A DNA stretch of 64,000 nucleotides from Eledone cirrhosa (lineage: Eukaryota): contig OZ024742.1 in assembly GCA_964016885.1 (NCBI GenBank), positions 194,494,001 to 194,558,000 of the forward strand. The letters run 5' to 3'. Numbering within the stretch: position 1 is the stretch's first letter; the number at the start of each line of letters is the position of its first letter. This document shows, one piece after another, positions 62,701 to 64,000 of this stretch. The notes below the pieces were generated by a model. That model saw only the letters and a list, made by a program, of their open reading frames with translations, was not told the DNA's origin and searched no databases. Made by a program: the position numbers and the translations under genes.

Positions 62701-63551
62701 ATCATTGTTCAACTCATCTACCACTAAATTTAGGATGTCAACCGAATCTTGTCCTAGCCCGTCAGCATTCATCTCCTCAGTGGCCGTATCTCTGTTCCAG
62801 GTATTATTTATCTCAGTATTCAGATCATTGTCTGCTTCGGGTGGTTCCTCCGCTCTCAGGACCTCCTCACCTTCATTTCCCGCCGGCTCGCTTGTCTGGC
62901 ATACTACACCCGCCATCTCCAAGCCATTCTCTCTGCTCAGTTCCTCCAGTTCCAGCTCGCTTATCCACCCATTAGTTCTTATTACCCGAGCCTGCCCGGC
63001 CAATTTTTGTTCATCTAATTTAAATAAACCAATCTCGTTCCAGATGTTATGCATCCGTCTCCTGTAGCCCCTCTCCTTGGGGTTACTTTTCAGGTAGCAT
63101 TGCATAACAGTTCTATTCAATTCTTTCGTCCAGTTGGTTCTGGCCCCTTTCCTTCTTCTTCTTCCTCCAACATCAGCAGTATTTCGTTGACAGTCAGGTT
63201 CCTGCTGCTGAGCCAGGGGGCACCTGTTGGGTGAGAGTCTGTCACATGACGTTCTAGTCTCCATTTCACCGTTATTCGAACTGTTTATGTTCGATATTTA
63301 AACACTCTTATCGAGGATTGGCGAATGTATGTTTACATAGCCATCTGTGGATCCGCCATCCCACTTGGCCCTTGTGTGGCATTATCACCACGCTGTATAC
63401 GGACACACATAAACAAACAAACACACGGGCAGAAAGGGCCCCAAAAATGAATAAGCATAAGTTTCATTGTAATGTAGTATTCGAATGTCTGACTTAGTTT
63501 TTGTTTTTTAAGTTTTACTTTTTCCCCCCTCTTCTCTGTCCGTCCGCCTGC
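59798..63551 (-). mobile_element. Dong family A copy with intact ORF, truncated within the 5' UTR
   Basis: Identity to copy 1 stops at CGTCCGCCTGC, followed by (TTA)n. Confidence 0.93.
59872..63264 (-). CDS. Dong/R4-type RT-RLE polyprotein (1130 aa), intact
   Basis: All RT motifs (LLFMDD) and RLE motifs present; about a dozen amino acid differences from 3292-6684. Confidence 0.95.
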   Translation of the reverse strand: METRTSCDRLSPNRCPLAQQQEPDCQRNTADVGGRRRRKGARTNWTKELNRTVMQCYLKSNPKERGYRRRMHNIWNEIGLFKLDEQKLAGQARVIRTNGWISELELEELSRENGLEMAGVVCQTSEPAGNEGEEVLRAEEPPEADNDLNTEINNTWNRDTATEEMNADGLGQDSVDILNLVVDELNNDSGRPMNLRFVDRKKLKETTAKVNKVIPYLEARSLHQCNNILKATANTVRKLLGIKARGNNRQERAEPWWKKRLSGQIGEMRNDIGKLESLLNGTLKNIGTKNRLEIKYKTRSKKLNIIIEELKQRIVAKSAKIRRYENRVSQYKQNRMFDNNQKMLFGQLEGKERGTDLIPGAEQAKTFWRGIWEQDVRHNAQAGWIETVQREIGEQAQQQTDLSITVETLKGQAKKLTNWKSPGPDGVQGYWIKHLTSLHPKLTAMFNDCLVSGEVPEWLTKGTTVLIMKDRIKGNDVTNYRPITCLPVMWKLLTSIVSEEIYHHLHTNNLLPDEQKGCRKKSRGTKDQLLIDKMVMGNCRRRHTDLAMGWIDYRKAFDMVPHSWITKSLEIFRVADNIRELLGRSMGSWETELTSTGVSLGSVKIKRGIFQGDSLSPLLFVLALMPLTIMLRKVRAGYKLGRGELTINHLLFMDDLKLFGKSEKELDVLVDTVRIFSSDICMQFGIGKCGVIVMRRGRLSRSNGIQIPTGEMIKEIDSEEGYKYLGVLEADGIKNKKMKELLRTEYIRRVRSVLKSHLNSRNAISAVNSRAVSIIRYSAGILRWNVAEQKEMDRKTRKLLTIYNMFHKRSDVDRLYLRRSEGGRGLISIEDCVQMEKNNLYKYVTYSKEPMLRAVLKEGRVGQGIPKEEITSRRKSSLKGKSLHSTFFEKTEFRDPQTWNWLRRGDLKKATEGMLMAAQEQALKTKWLKHHIYKEEASPLCRICGEREETVAHIVSECKHLAQTHYKGWRHDVMGRVIHWHLCKVNNLPHSEKWYEHRPEAVMENSQVKVLWDFRIQTDKKLEHNRPDLVVVDKEKRSCLIVDVACPFDTRVQEKEREKINRYQDLKWEVKRIWNCHEVKVIPIVIGALGTISKGFQGWLKKIGPFTLFGTLQKACLLGTARTLRYVLNI

Positions 63552-63554
63552 CTC

Positions 63555-63624
<70 letters not shown>

Positions 63625-63714
63625 GTTGTTGTTGTATGTTGTTTTTGTTGTTGTTGCTTTTTGTATTGTTGTTGCTGCTGCTGTTGTTCATTGTTGTTGT
63701 TGTTGTTATTGATG

Positions 63715-64000
63715 TCCCAATCGTTGATGTTATTTAACTGGAAAGTTAGTTCAAATTAACATCAAGCCGACACCTGCAGCCTGAGATATTGAGGACGTAT
63801 CGGAGGTTTCTTGCTGCTCTCAGCAAGCATACCATTTGAAGTGTTCCAAAAAACGGGGCTGAACTAATGTTCTTTAACCATCCTTGAAAATTCTTCGAGA
63901 TAGTATATAGTGCTCTTATGACAATCGGGACGACCTTGATCTCACGACAGTCCTAAATCCTTTTTAATTCCCACTTTGAATCCTAGTATCGGTTAATTTT
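63715..64000 (-). mobile_element. 3' end of a further, more divergent Dong A-related subfamily (runs off the right edge)
   Basis: TTGATGTTATTTAACTGGAAAG 3' UTR and an ARNLRYVLNI-type ORF end with many substitutions. Confidence 0.85.

Noticed and set aside
37310-64000. CRISPR-like array of repeats and spacers
   Set aside because: The repeats are retrotransposon 3' ends plus TTA tracts with variable-length element bodies; eukaryotic context and no cas genes.

Overview
Gene-free, AT- and microsatellite-rich animal DNA; the SINE types and repeat landscape suggest an octopus-like mollusc, which is an inference. I found no host exons. Almost everything is transposon-derived. (1) Two clusters (1-8150 and 37310-64000) of R4/Dong-type restriction-like-endonuclease non-LTR retrotransposons, from at least two divergent families and several subfamilies. 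All lie on the minus strand, stacked in (TTA)n/(TAA)n microsatellite. Two copies have intact ~99%-identical 1130-aa ORFs and one has an in-frame RT deletion. (2) Two decayed Tx1/L1-clade elements sit in the same (TTA)n tracts in the opposite orientation. (3) A decayed Helitron retains both termini and has a duplicated 5' end. (4) Several Penelope-like fragments lie in (TA)n tracts, with inverted 3' ends and a series of minimal hammerhead ribozyme motifs; the one at 34554-34612 looks intact. (5) An RTE fragment, a long-TIR mariner derivative and tRNA-derived SINEs. The most notable observations are the self-regenerating microsatellite landing pad shared by unrelated retrotransposon clades, a covarying 3'-UTR stem-loop shared by the two Dong families, structured 5' leaders and the hammerheads. 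All alignments and folds were done by eye.
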